A DNA stretch of 64,000 nt from a virus (taxonomy: Duplodnaviria; Caudoviricetes), in IMG/VR virus record IMGVR_UViG_3300035686_000002, positions 87,713-151,712 of that record; one strand, written 5' to 3'. The position numbers were made by a program, and so were the translations under genes. How positions within the stretch are numbered: position 1 is the first letter of the stretch; the number at the start of each line of letters is the position of its first letter. The notes beneath the pieces were generated by a model, which was not told the origin of the DNA, made no database searches, and saw only the letters and a program-made list of their open reading frames with translations. This document shows, in pieces, positions 19,773-29,318 of this stretch.

Positions 19773-22460
19773 ATGACTAACCAGAAGGATATCGCCAAAA
19801 AACAAGCGGAAATTGTGGGTCAGTTGCAACAATTCCCGGTCGGGCGTACTAATTCGGGCGGCAGGGCGGGAGGGATGGTTGAGGTAGTTGTAACTAACCC
19901 GTTACCAGGGCAACCCAGTGTTGTACAAGCAAAGTGTGCCAACGATTGTCCGCCGGGTGAGGTGCAGTTGTTAAAAGCCGATGATGGAAGCTATATTGCG
20001 CTTTCTCCGAATGCGGGAAAAGAGACTTCAACAGCAACAACACGACAAATAACTAAAAAAGATCCAATTGTGCCTAAAAAAGATAAGGAAGTGTGGCCCG
20101 GTACAGTTGTGTTTTTGTATTCACGCATTCAACCAAACACTGTAAATCTTTCAAATACAGGTGCAGCTAAAGACGACGAGACAAGCTACGACTTAGTTAG
20201 AAATGTTTTTTCAAATCCAGGTTTTAACAATAGTAATATTTCTAGTAATAATGCTTATGGAATCAGAAGAAGACTTGACAAATTAGGAGATTATACTACA
20301 TTGGAAAACGCCTTAAATAATATACTAAAAGCTGATAGGTTGGAAACACCTGGTGGTGGCGGTAGTGGCGGCGGTGGTGGTCGTGGTAGAGATGACTCTG
20401 TAATAGGAAGCGGATCGGAAGACGACGTTACTATTTGGTATTATATTGGCGACCCTACCGATGCTCTACCAGATGGAAGAATATTTTCTGTTACTGGTTT
20501 TTCTTTGCATCCTGCTAATGGCAATGTGGTAGGATCTGGGCCTGGCTTTTGCATGGAAGTTGCTAGAGGAAGTTACGCTGTATCTTGTATTTTTCCGCAT
20601 GAGATAATAGGTTCAGGCCCATTGACCTTTGAACTAAGTAAAATGAATCCTGGGTTAGGTGGAAAAATAGGTTATGCAGGAACAATTAACAAGTGGCGCG
20701 CAAAAGATTATTTAGTCAAGACTCCTATTAGTTATTTTAGGAGTATTCCACCCGCTACAGAGCCATATCAAACTCCTGTAAATTTTCCTTCTGGTGAAAC
20801 GCTAAACCCTAATATAGATTATTGGTTTTTTACCAATAATAATTGGTTTCGTTATGGATGGCCAGACCCACAATATATAGGGTGTGCTTCTACATCATGG
20901 ATAAATATTGTAGCCGAAGATTTAAATGCTAGTTATATTTGTGGTGGTTCTATTGATAATGATAAATGGTATTGGGGAGGAGATGCCGATCCAAATCAAG
21001 CGGTACTAAATAAAGATAATCCAAGTGGGTTTATTGGATCGGAAGGAATGTTTCTCTGTTGGCGCGGACACGTAGAACACGCTGGGGGTGCCTTTGCGTT
21101 TATGAACGATTTTAAGACTTATTGGGGTCTTACCGGAAGTGTGACAAGGCTTGGTTCCGTTAATCCTTATGGTTGTGAACTGCCGCCTGAGGATGGAGGA
21201 AGTGGATATCCAGTCGCACCTCCTGGTGACGCTTCTAGATATCCTATTGAAGCTTCTGGAAGGATAGGTGAAATTTGGCTAAAAATTTGCAAAGAAGATA
21301 TGGAGCCAATTGATTTTAAATTACCCTTTGAATTTAATGCAATAGTAGAACGATTAAAAGTAATAGGAGGTGGAAGTCTTCAAAATGGTTCTAACTTTGA
21401 AAATGGCAAAGATATGCTCAAATTTGAAACTTTTGGAATGGCTGGTGGAAGCAATCTTACAGCAGAAGCTTTTGACCTTGAAAATCCGCATGGAACGTTA
21501 GCAATTGACAGTGAATATGCTTATGTTAATATTTCTTACGGAGCCGAAAGAGATTTTGAAGAACCTTTGGCTTTACCCATAAAACCAAGAGTAGCTAATC
21601 TTGGTTTTGGCACTCCTAAAACTGGTAACTATGGTTCAGATAATTTTTATTTACGTATACCAAGCTTAAATCCTACGTTTTCTTCAGGTATAAAAGTATC
21701 AGGCGATCCCCGTGACCCAGTATTGGACACTGACCCTCGGGTAGTCAAAGATTGCTTCAGTTGTTGCCAATCTTATGTAATACTTTTGCCGACAAAAGAA
21801 AATCCAATACCTACAATAGTTGCATCACAAAAATATAAAAGAGGTGAAACTATTGCAATTACCGCTGCCAGCCCAGACACTCAATTTGACAACAAATTTC
21901 TAATTGCAGATTTTAGAACAGAAGTTTACAAAACTGGTACAGCAGAACCTGGATTAAAAACTGAACCAAAACCATATTATGCAACTTTTGGCGGACTACC
22001 CGCTCTAATACAAATCGTTGATTACACACCTATTAATATTAATAGTTTAGCACCATTATACTATAAAAACAAAGATGTCTGGACTTTTATGGATTGGGTA
22101 CATTGGCAATTTCAAGAAGCTCCAAGAGCATATAATCCATTGACAACGATTTTACCTCCGGGTGTAAGGACTAGATCGAATGAAGTTTATGGAATAATTT
22201 TTGATTTAGACAACAAATTTGGCAGACATGGTAGAGCTGAATCTATTATGCCATCAAGTGTATTTAGTTATAGTGGAAGTTTTGCTAACATTAATTCTCC
22301 TACTTATGGTAATTATAGAGGAACAGCACATTATCCATTAGCTATTTCATTTAAAGAGCAACTAATAGGAAATGGATTATTTGAGAATAATCAATTGGTT
22401 AAATGGTTCAGGCTTACTCCTGCCAGTTTTCCTATTTTTGGTCAGTTAAAACGAAATTAA
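19773..22460 (+). CDS. Large Gly/Asn-rich protein, probably a virion/tail component
   Basis: About 895 aa, beta-rich composition, poly-Gly linker; start moved to the ATG at 19773. Confidence 0.6.
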   Translation: MTNQKDIAKKQAEIVGQLQQFPVGRTNSGGRAGGMVEVVVTNPLPGQPSVVQAKCANDCPPGEVQLLKADDGSYIALSPNAGKETSTATTRQITKKDPIVPKKDKEVWPGTVVFLYSRIQPNTVNLSNTGAAKDDETSYDLVRNVFSNPGFNNSNISSNNAYGIRRRLDKLGDYTTLENALNNILKADRLETPGGGGSGGGGGRGRDDSVIGSGSEDDVTIWYYIGDPTDALPDGRIFSVTGFSLHPANGNVVGSGPGFCMEVARGSYAVSCIFPHEIIGSGPLTFELSKMNPGLGGKIGYAGTINKWRAKDYLVKTPISYFRSIPPATEPYQTPVNFPSGETLNPNIDYWFFTNNNWFRYGWPDPQYIGCASTSWINIVAEDLNASYICGGSIDNDKWYWGGDADPNQAVLNKDNPSGFIGSEGMFLCWRGHVEHAGGAFAFMNDFKTYWGLTGSVTRLGSVNPYGCELPPEDGGSGYPVAPPGDASRYPIEASGRIGEIWLKICKEDMEPIDFKLPFEFNAIVERLKVIGGGSLQNGSNFENGKDMLKFETFGMAGGSNLTAEAFDLENPHGTLAIDSEYAYVNISYGAERDFEEPLALPIKPRVANLGFGTPKTGNYGSDNFYLRIPSLNPTFSSGIKVSGDPRDPVLDTDPRVVKDCFSCCQSYVILLPTKENPIPTIVASQKYKRGETIAITAASPDTQFDNKFLIADFRTEVYKTGTAEPGLKTEPKPYYATFGGLPALIQIVDYTPININSLAPLYYKNKDVWTFMDWVHWQFQEAPRAYNPLTTILPPGVRTRSNEVYGIIFDLDNKFGRHGRAESIMPSSVFSYSGSFANINSPTYGNYRGTAHYPLAISFKEQLIGNGLFENNQLVKWFRLTPASFPIFGQLKRN

Positions 22461-22464
22461 TTTT

Positions 22465-23181
22465 ATGGCTTATTATTCAGGTGAACATAAAGTATACAGT
22501 TCGATGGGATGTTTTTCTACAGTTCCTCAAGTGATTGGAAACCCTTTTGACTTAGTAGATTACAACAATTCATCTGGAACTGGTTTTTTACCAGGTCAAT
22601 GTCAGGCGTTCTTAACGACAAATAAGGAATTTATATTGTTTGTTGAACAATATAACCTTAGTCCAGCACCACCTGATAGTCCTGTTGGAACTGCACCATT
22701 AACTTTTAGTAATAAAAAAGTATATCCAGTAAAAGTGACTGGATTAAACCTACCTCTTGTTAAAAATTCTACAAATAATATATCTTCGGTGACTGTTTTT
22801 TGGAGAGATGAGTTAGTGCGTCATGGAAGTGTTAGTCCTAGTATTGATAAAGCAAATAGTTTCCCAGCAGGAGCATATAGACCAGGTTTCGGTGAAACAA
22901 TTGTGAAAGATTTAGATAGACCGTTAGAATCAGCAACTGTACAAACAAATAATCTAGGACTACCAAATGTCCCAAGTCTGCCAAATTTTCAACAACAAAA
23001 CGGTTATTGCGGAATTTTGGGTAGATTAATGTCGGTTGCCAGCTATATCGATCCAGAGCTTGCCAAAAAATACGACGCTAGCAAAGGAAAGAAAAAGAAA
23101 AAATCACTTAACTCACAAACCTATCAAGAGTCTCCGCAATACCCAGCTTATACACCATATCAAAACAATAGTGGTTATTAG
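22465..23181 (+). CDS. Hypothetical protein, coupled to 19773..22460
   Basis: Starts 4 bp after the upstream stop. Confidence 0.65.
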   Translation: MAYYSGEHKVYSSMGCFSTVPQVIGNPFDLVDYNNSSGTGFLPGQCQAFLTTNKEFILFVEQYNLSPAPPDSPVGTAPLTFSNKKVYPVKVTGLNLPLVKNSTNNISSVTVFWRDELVRHGSVSPSIDKANSFPAGAYRPGFGETIVKDLDRPLESATVQTNNLGLPNVPSLPNFQQQNGYCGILGRLMSVASYIDPELAKKYDASKGKKKKKSLNSQTYQESPQYPAYTPYQNNSGY

Positions 23182-23987
23182 GCTTGAGCTGGCGCAATAG
23201 AGTTAATTTGTTCAATTGAGCGCTCAGGATTAAATTTAACTTTAAGCCTGTGAGTTTTGTCCATACCTCGCCGTTTTAACGCTGCTTCAATAGCAGCATT
23301 AGCTAACAACACGATTTGCAACGGATTTTTTTGATGTGTCATATCAGGGTGATTTCTGTAAAAATACAGAAATTCATGGATATGGCTAATGCGAGTAATT
23401 TCAGATATACGAAGGCACAAATCGTAATCCTCCATCCGATCAAACTTCAAGTCAATTCCGCCAACCTGCTCGTAAACTGATCGACGCATCAGCCTAAAGT
23501 GAAATGTCATAAAGACACAGAGCAGTTTTTCTGCTGAGTAGTCATAACTACAGCGCCAGCCCGGTCTTAACTGCGTTCCGTCTTCATCTACTTCGATGTA
23601 ATTGCTGTAGACCATTCCGCAGCCAGCGTCATCATCTAATACTGCTACCATGCGCTCGATCGCCTGCATATCAAGCCAGTCGTCGGAATCAACCTGCCCA
23701 ATGTATTCACCCCGCGCTAATCCATATCCCGCCTTGAGCGCTTGGGCTGCACCTCTTTCGGTTTCTTGGGTTCTATCCACCTTCAAAGCAAGCAGTCGCA
23801 CCCGATCGTCCTCCATCGCAAACTGCTCGGCGATTGCCAGTGTTCCGTCAGTCGAACCATCGTCTACAATAATCAGTTCAAGATTGCGGTAAGTTTGGTC
23901 AAGAACCGATTTGACAGCGATGCCGACGTATTGTTCTCGGTTGTAGACTGGAATAATAATAGAAACCCTAGGCGCATTTTCTTTCAT
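23178..23987 (-). CDS. Glycosyltransferase family 2
   Basis: VSIIIPVYNRE, IIVDDGSTDGT, VDSDD and EDYDLCLR motifs. Confidence 0.92.
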   Translation of the reverse strand: MKENAPRVSIIIPVYNREQYVGIAVKSVLDQTYRNLELIIVDDGSTDGTLAIAEQFAMEDDRVRLLALKVDRTQETERGAAQALKAGYGLARGEYIGQVDSDDWLDMQAIERMVAVLDDDAGCGMVYSNYIEVDEDGTQLRPGWRCSYDYSAEKLLCVFMTFHFRLMRRSVYEQVGGIDLKFDRMEDYDLCLRISEITRISHIHEFLYFYRNHPDMTHQKNPLQIVLLANAAIEAALKRRGMDKTHRLKVKFNPERSIEQINSIAPAQA

Positions 23988-23991
23988 ATTG

Positions 23992-24213
23992 TCAACAATC
24001 TTGTAAAATATCCATTAATTTTTCTGCAAGCTCGTAAATTAAGTTCTCAATTTCATCTAAAGCTTCTTTGCCAGCAAAGTCTGAACGATGATTAATTTTC
24101 GTTGCGTATCTAACATAACGAGCTTCACGTCGCAATTCGTTTATACAACATTGTATAATGTTTGCGTCTGCACTTCCATCTAATAAAAGTTTCCGAGCCA
24201 CATCTATAGTCAT
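23992..24213 (-). CDS. Small hypothetical protein
   Basis: 73 aa, ends 4 bp before the GT2 start. Confidence 0.5.
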   Translation of the reverse strand: MTIDVARKLLLDGSADANIIQCCINELRREARYVRYATKINHRSDFAGKEALDEIENLIYELAEKLMDILQDC

Positions 24214-24553
24214 TTAATTGGATTGATTTATTGGCGTCGTTTTTTACGTCAACAGGTTAACGTCTCGCTGTTGTAGCAAAAAACGACGCCATTGATTATT
24301 ACATTTTGCTCCTACTGTTTACAAAGTGTTATCGTTTTGTTCTAGGAATTTTATTCGGATCTACAACGATTTCATCTTCCTCTGTTGGAAAATCTTTTCG
24401 ATTAGGTTTTTCCTTGGGAGTTTCTTCAGGTTTTTTCTCTGTCATGATATTTGCACCCTAATTTCCTGTAAAGTTAAGACCTGCTTGTGCTTGCATTTTT
24501 GCATTACACAGCAGATCAAATAAGCTTACTATATAATTTTAAGCGCAAATCAC

Positions 24554-25396
24554 ATGAAACGCATATTTTTAGTCGGCGCGCCCCGCAGTGGGACTACAAT
24601 TTTGCAAAGTCTGCTTGCGGCACACCCGCTAATCACCAGTTTCCCGGAAACTAAGTTTTTTCACTACTTGCTCACGGATGGGCTTTCCCAGAAACTACCC
24701 GATCGTCTCTACAAATTCTTTCACAAAGAAATTAACCGCCCCGATTTTTTAGAAAACGCCCCAGACCTACACCCTCCGTTAATGAGCAACAGGGTCAGGT
24801 GGTTCGTTGAAGTGCTTGATAAGCTGGCGATCGAACAGAAAAATGACATTTGGCTAGAAAAAACCCCAGAACACGTCGGTTTTATTCCAGACATTCTTCA
24901 ATACCTGCCAGAAGCAAAATTTATCCATATCGTGCGACACCCGCTGGACGTTGTAGCTTCCATGCGAGCGGCAACTAAAAACCCACTGTCAAACATTCTG
25001 TGGGGCGGAGAATGGACGCTGGAGTTCTGTGTCCAACGTTGGAACGACGCAGCACTCATCAATCATGCGTACTCGCACCAGCCAGAGCAGCACTTAGTTG
25101 TCCGATATGAAGGTTTGTTGCGGGACAAAACTGTGTTTCTGTCAAAATGCTGCCATTTTATTGGCGTCGAGTTCGATCACGAAATGTTGTCGAACTATAA
25201 AGCAGAGGGGCTGCGGTTGGGGTTGCGGTTGCCGTGGCACGAAGGGATTGATCGGGCGATCCAACCTCCAGCGGTTGCGAAATGGAGGCAAAGTCTCAGC
25301 AAGCAGGAAATCAAGTATATCCTCAGAGCAACAGAAGATTTGCGATCGCGCTTTGGCTATATGTATCCAAGCCCAGAAAATCCTGAGCTAGAGTAA
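24554..25396 (+). CDS. PAPS-dependent sulfotransferase (Sulfotransfer_3-like)
   Basis: IFLVGAPRSGTT (5'-PSB), EKTPEH, IHIVRHPLDVVAS (3'-PB) and VRYE motifs. Confidence 0.92.
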   Translation: MKRIFLVGAPRSGTTILQSLLAAHPLITSFPETKFFHYLLTDGLSQKLPDRLYKFFHKEINRPDFLENAPDLHPPLMSNRVRWFVEVLDKLAIEQKNDIWLEKTPEHVGFIPDILQYLPEAKFIHIVRHPLDVVASMRAATKNPLSNILWGGEWTLEFCVQRWNDAALINHAYSHQPEQHLVVRYEGLLRDKTVFLSKCCHFIGVEFDHEMLSNYKAEGLRLGLRLPWHEGIDRAIQPPAVAKWRQSLSKQEIKYILRATEDLRSRFGYMYPSPENPELE

Positions 25397-25397
25397 C

Positions 25398-25640
25398 TTA
25401 GTTCTTCCAAAACAACCAAGCAGAGCAAATATGGGCAATACTCATCCCTATAGCTGCCCCAGGAATCATAGCTAATACTGTTCCTAACATAATTTCATCT
25501 TCGCTAAGAAACCGTGCCTGAGAAGCCATGAAATAAATAATCGCACACTGAAATGCAATAAATATCAGGTTAACAATCGTTGTCTTGACTTGGAGTTTAT
25601 GGATATTGTGATCAATTTCTTATAGTCTTTTGTTAGTCAT
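25398..25640 (-). pseudogene. Two-TM small membrane protein (holin-like) with an early in-frame TAA
   Basis: MTNKRL*EIDHNIHKLQVKTTIVNLIFIAFQCAIIYFMA..GTVLAMIPGAAIGMSIAHICSAWLFWKN; about 0.7 kb from the lysozyme. Confidence 0.5.
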
Positions 25641-25787
25641 TAAGATTTTCCTATTTTATTTTAATTTCAATTTACATATTTATTGTAAGTGTTTATCATA
25701 TAAGTGTCAACACTTGTTGGAATAGGTTTTGTTTAATTTTTTAGTAGAATAGTAGATACACCAAACTGTTAAACAAAAATTTAAATA

Positions 25788-26285
25788 ATGAAAAACACTA
25801 TTGTAGCCTACGAATATTGGGACGCAGAATTAAAGAACCAATCTAAGAAACGGCTAGCAGGATTAGAAAAAGCGATAACTGCAACAGGGGCTATTGTCAC
25901 AGATAGGCACGAAGAGAAATATTTTGAAGGCAAACTGCAATGGCGAAACCCATTACTGTTGAAAGTTCGATTACCCAAAGGAAAACGCTGGGAATTCATT
26001 CTCGTCTCTGGATGTACGGTATGGCTAGCTCAACCGCCACGGGTTCAGATAGGGTTGCGAGATACGGCGGGCAGATTTAACGGCACAAGATACTGGGATT
26101 CTCCAGCTATTCCGCTACGAGGAAACCACGACGACGCAAAGATTCGGCGGCGGTATCGGTTACACCCAGAACACGCGGCGTATATTGCCGATTATAAACC
26201 TGAATTAAACGGAGGATATGAGGTGATCAAAGGTGCTGATATTGTATCGACGGTGCTGGGAGGAGATTTAGGCTTGTTGCTCTAA
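25788..26285 (+). CDS. Hypothetical protein
   Basis: 165-aa ORF. Confidence 0.7.
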   Translation: MKNTIVAYEYWDAELKNQSKKRLAGLEKAITATGAIVTDRHEEKYFEGKLQWRNPLLLKVRLPKGKRWEFILVSGCTVWLAQPPRVQIGLRDTAGRFNGTRYWDSPAIPLRGNHDDAKIRRRYRLHPEHAAYIADYKPELNGGYEVIKGADIVSTVLGGDLGLLL

Positions 26286-26353
26286 TTTGCCGATTGCACA
26301 AACGAAATCTGTGATTGTGATACTATTGCCCTAAAGTTCTCACAGAAAAGACT

Positions 26354-26821
26354 ATGAGTAATATTAAGGAACGACGCCAAATTAACCAGAGAGGGCTGGC
26401 ACTCATCAAAGAATTTGAAGGTTGCCAACTAGAAGCTTACCTGTGTCCCGCCGGAGTCTGGACGATTGGGTACGGACACACTCTATCGGCGGCTCACGGG
26501 ATGTCGATTGACGAGACTAAAGCAGAAGCGCTGCTGCGGGAAGATTTGCAGGAGGCGGAAGAAGCGGTAGATCGGTTGGTCACAGTCCCGATCAATGAGA
26601 ATCAGTTCTCGGCGTTGGTATCGTTTGCCTTCAATGTTGGCGCGGGCGCGTTGCAAGAATCAACTCTGCTGTCTTTGCTCAACGCTGGTGCAGAAGTTGA
26701 GACGATCGCCGCTCAATTTTTGCGATGGAATAAAGCAGGTGACGAGGAATTAGCCGGATTAACCCGTCGCCGTCATGCCGAGCGAGCATTGTTTTTAGAA
26801 CCTGTAGATCCAATTCTATAA
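26354..26821 (+). CDS. Phage lysozyme / endolysin (GH24)
   Basis: GLALIKEFEG..YLCPAGVWTIGYGHT, QFSALVSFAFNVG and GLTRRRHAERALF motifs. Confidence 0.95.
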   Translation: MSNIKERRQINQRGLALIKEFEGCQLEAYLCPAGVWTIGYGHTLSAAHGMSIDETKAEALLREDLQEAEEAVDRLVTVPINENQFSALVSFAFNVGAGALQESTLLSLLNAGAEVETIAAQFLRWNKAGDEELAGLTRRRHAERALFLEPVDPIL

Positions 26822-26839
26822 AACTTACCTAAAACTACT

Positions 26840-26890
26840 TTACAGTTTGAAGCGTCGTTAACTTAAAGTTAGCGGCGCTTCAAACTGTAA
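26840..26890. terminator. 24-bp-arm hairpin between convergent genes (bidirectional terminator)
   Basis: TTACAGTTTGAAGCGTCGTTAACT-TAA-AGTTAGCGGCGCTTCAAACTGTAA. Confidence 0.75.
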
Positions 26891-26911
26891 TATTAATTAA
26901 TATTACGATAC

Positions 26912-27430
26912 TTAAACGCGATTAAACCACTCTGGATTTTCTGCCATACGTTTTTCCGTATCTTTCCGACAGAATTCTTCAACACGATCGGCTGAAACTC
27001 CACTTAAGTGCCACCCCTTTAAACCTTCTTCGCTAAGCAAATATGTTTCATTCTGCGCGATATCCAAAAAAGAGTCACTTTTTAAGACAAGATACTCAAT
27101 CTTTCCACCAGAAAAAGCTCGCACTTTGTTTTGTAGCTCAGTTGCCGATAATTCTTCATTTGTCATTTGAACACTCCTTGATTTATTCGTCTCTTCTACT
27201 CTTTCAGTATGTATCATACAACATACTCTGTCAAGATGTTTCTGAAAGATTTTTCTAACGTACTCTGATCGGCTTACCCCGTCCGGGATTGAAGCTTCCA
27301 ACGCGTCTGACATTTCTGCGTCCAACCAAACTTCCCACTTAACCCGCTTATTTCTGTATGTTGCGATCGCCTGCTGCCGCGCTTGTCTGCCTTTCGAAGT
27401 TAGTTCGTATCGCTTTTGTTTTGTCGTCAC
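26912..27430 (-). CDS. RHH-like regulator in frame with a second small gene (internal start at 27166)
   Basis: WEVWLDAEMSDALE..VSRSEYVRKI; an internal TTGACA-N17-CATACT and an AGGAG RBS precede MTNEEL. Confidence 0.55.
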   Translation of the reverse strand: MTTKQKRYELTSKGRQARQQAIATYRNKRVKWEVWLDAEMSDALEASIPDGVSRSEYVRKIFQKHLDRVCCMIHTERVEETNKSRSVQMTNEELSATELQNKVRAFSGGKIEYLVLKSDSFLDIAQNETYLLSEEGLKGWHLSGVSADRVEEFCRKDTEKRMAENPEWFNRV

Positions 27431-27521
27431 AATGTCACCTTAATCCAAATCTTGATACATACTAGACGAAATCCGAGTTGTTTTCGGACAGACAGGGTAG
27501 TCTCGCTCATCCAATTAAGGA

Positions 27522-27690
27522 GCGAGGGTTATTTTGTTTTTTCTTATAGATGAGTCTGTCAATCAGTTTTTTATATTGTATAATCTTTTTGATTGGCAGA
27601 CTCATCTATTGTATTTTCTATTCTGTAAAGCTCTTGACTGTTTAGACTGGTTAGATTTTCTGTTTAAGAAGTTCAGCTAAATTTTTAGTA
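27522..27690 (+). repeat. Dispersed element, copy 6 (3' part decayed)
   Basis: GCGAGGG..ATAGATGAGTCTGTCAATCA..TATAAT..TGATTGGCAGACTCATCTAT..CTGTTTAGACTG. Confidence 0.9.
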
Positions 27691-27754
27691 ATCCTGTCTT
27701 GACGACATAAACACTTTATGTTAAACTGCTATCAAAGTTTAAAAAAGTAAAAAC

Positions 27755-28777
27755 ATGACTTGGAACAATGAGACAGCTATCAACGACTTACTAGCGCTAC
27801 CTTCTGACACTGTAAAGGTTGTTGCCTTTAGTGGAGGGAAAGACTCTACAGCGTTGCTCGGTTTAATGCTTGCTGCTGATCGCCAAGGCTTGAAAAACTG
27901 GAGAGTGATCAACTCAGATACTTTAATGGAAATCCCTTTTTTGGAGGAACACGTTAAAGCTTGTGGTTCTATCCTTGAAGAAAAAGGTATTCAATTTGAG
28001 AGAGTAACAGCACCGATGCAAAGACGGTTTTTTTACAGTTTGATAGGCAAAGGGATACCCTCTCCCAGTCGTAATTTTCGATGGTGTACGCAAGCTCTAA
28101 AGATAGACCCATTAGAAAAAGCACTAAAAAATATTCCATCCTATTTATTATTGAACGGAGAAAGGTTGGGAGAATCAATCAAGAGGGACACAAAGCTTGC
28201 CAGTAAAACTTGCGATGGCACAAATGAATGTGGCACGGTAGAGATTAAAAAAAAGATGAAAAATACTGAAATAGTCCGACCTCTATTAAACGCAACAGCT
28301 TGCAATATCTGGGATACCATTGCAGAGAACGATATAGAGAAAGAACTGCTACCGGGAAGCTTCAACAGATTAAACAACGTTTATTCTATCAATGATGATG
28401 ATAACTCTAAAAGTTTGAGGACGGGCTGCATAGGTTGCCCGCTGATAAGCAAAGATAAAAGTTTAGAAAAGTTAATATCAGTGTATGAAGACTATTCGCC
28501 ACTGGGTCAGTTAAGAGCGTTGTATGACTCGACTAGAAGCGAGAGCAACCGGATCATGCGTCCTGACATGAAAAGCAAAGGAGCAGTGAAACTTGAAGTT
28601 AGGAAAAAAATTTGGGCTGAAATTCTAGAGATCGAGTCTAAAGTCTGTACCGCCTTCCCAGGGTTCATCCTTGTCCAGCAGGACGAGAAAGACGCGATAG
28701 AGAAAGCTCTCTCAGAAGGGCAATACCCTAAAGGCTACACCCGACAGCACATCCAAGAGCAAGAATCACTCATTTAA
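27755..28777 (+). CDS. PAPS-reductase family, DndC-like Fe-S protein
   Basis: PP-loop AFSGGKDS, DTLME, FRWCTQALKIDP, GERLGES and RTGCIGCP motifs. It has its own promoter (TTGACG-N17-TAAACT at 27699) and terminator (about 28796-28818). Confidence 0.85.
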   Translation: MTWNNETAINDLLALPSDTVKVVAFSGGKDSTALLGLMLAADRQGLKNWRVINSDTLMEIPFLEEHVKACGSILEEKGIQFERVTAPMQRRFFYSLIGKGIPSPSRNFRWCTQALKIDPLEKALKNIPSYLLLNGERLGESIKRDTKLASKTCDGTNECGTVEIKKKMKNTEIVRPLLNATACNIWDTIAENDIEKELLPGSFNRLNNVYSINDDDNSKSLRTGCIGCPLISKDKSLEKLISVYEDYSPLGQLRALYDSTRSESNRIMRPDMKSKGAVKLEVRKKIWAEILEIESKVCTAFPGFILVQQDEKDAIEKALSEGQYPKGYTRQHIQEQESLI

Positions 28778-28831
28778 CCCACAACACCTCCTGTCGCCCC
28801 TTTTAACGGGGCTTTTTGTTGAATATCTGAG

Positions 28832-29022
28832 GCGAGAGATAATTTAATCCTTGTAATAGATGAGTTTGTCACTCAGTTTTTTATATTCTATAATCTTTTT
28901 GTGTGACAAACTCATCTATTATAACCTCGACTCTAACTATACTTTACCTGTAGAGGTTGCTTTGATTTTGAAAGCAGGAATTTAAGCAGTCTTAACAAGT
29001 AGAAGTGGCAAATATTTCTTAT
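28832..29022 (+). repeat. Dispersed element, copy 7
   Basis: GCGAGAG..ATAGATGAGTTTGTCACTCA..TATAAT..GTGACAAACTCATCTAT..CAGTCTTAACAAG. Confidence 0.95.
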
Positions 29023-29034
29023 TTTTTGAAAAAT

Positions 29035-29247
29035 TTAATTACTTAGCCTCAAGCAGTGTCCTGTTCTCATAGCACATTCAAACGTGTATTTATGTTCAAC
29101 TGCGTACAGGCTAGCATGGGGGCTTGCAGCTTTCAGTGTTTTGATAGCAACACGATCGTCAAACAAAGCTTTTATTTCAACAGTCCTGTTGTTGATGTTG
29201 CCATCACCATAATTGAATTCAAAAACATCGCCAATATTTAATTTCAT
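29035..29247 (-). CDS. Small SH3/KOW-like protein between copies 7 and 8
   Basis: MKLNIGDVFEFNYGDG..TVEIKALFDDRV; start moved out of the repeat to the ATG at 29247. Confidence 0.5.
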   Translation of the reverse strand: MKLNIGDVFEFNYGDGNINNRTVEIKALFDDRVAIKTLKAASPHASLYAVEHKYTFECAMRTGHCLRLSN

Positions 29248-29318
29248 TAGATTTAATCTTGATAATTTATTTGACACAATACTAACAAACAAGGCGGTTC
29301 CAGTCTTCGGAGTAAAAA

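Noticed and set aside
28856-28919. Central palindrome as a protelomerase (tel) site
   Set aside because: Such sites are single, near-perfect palindromes. This one is multi-copy with an asymmetric centre.
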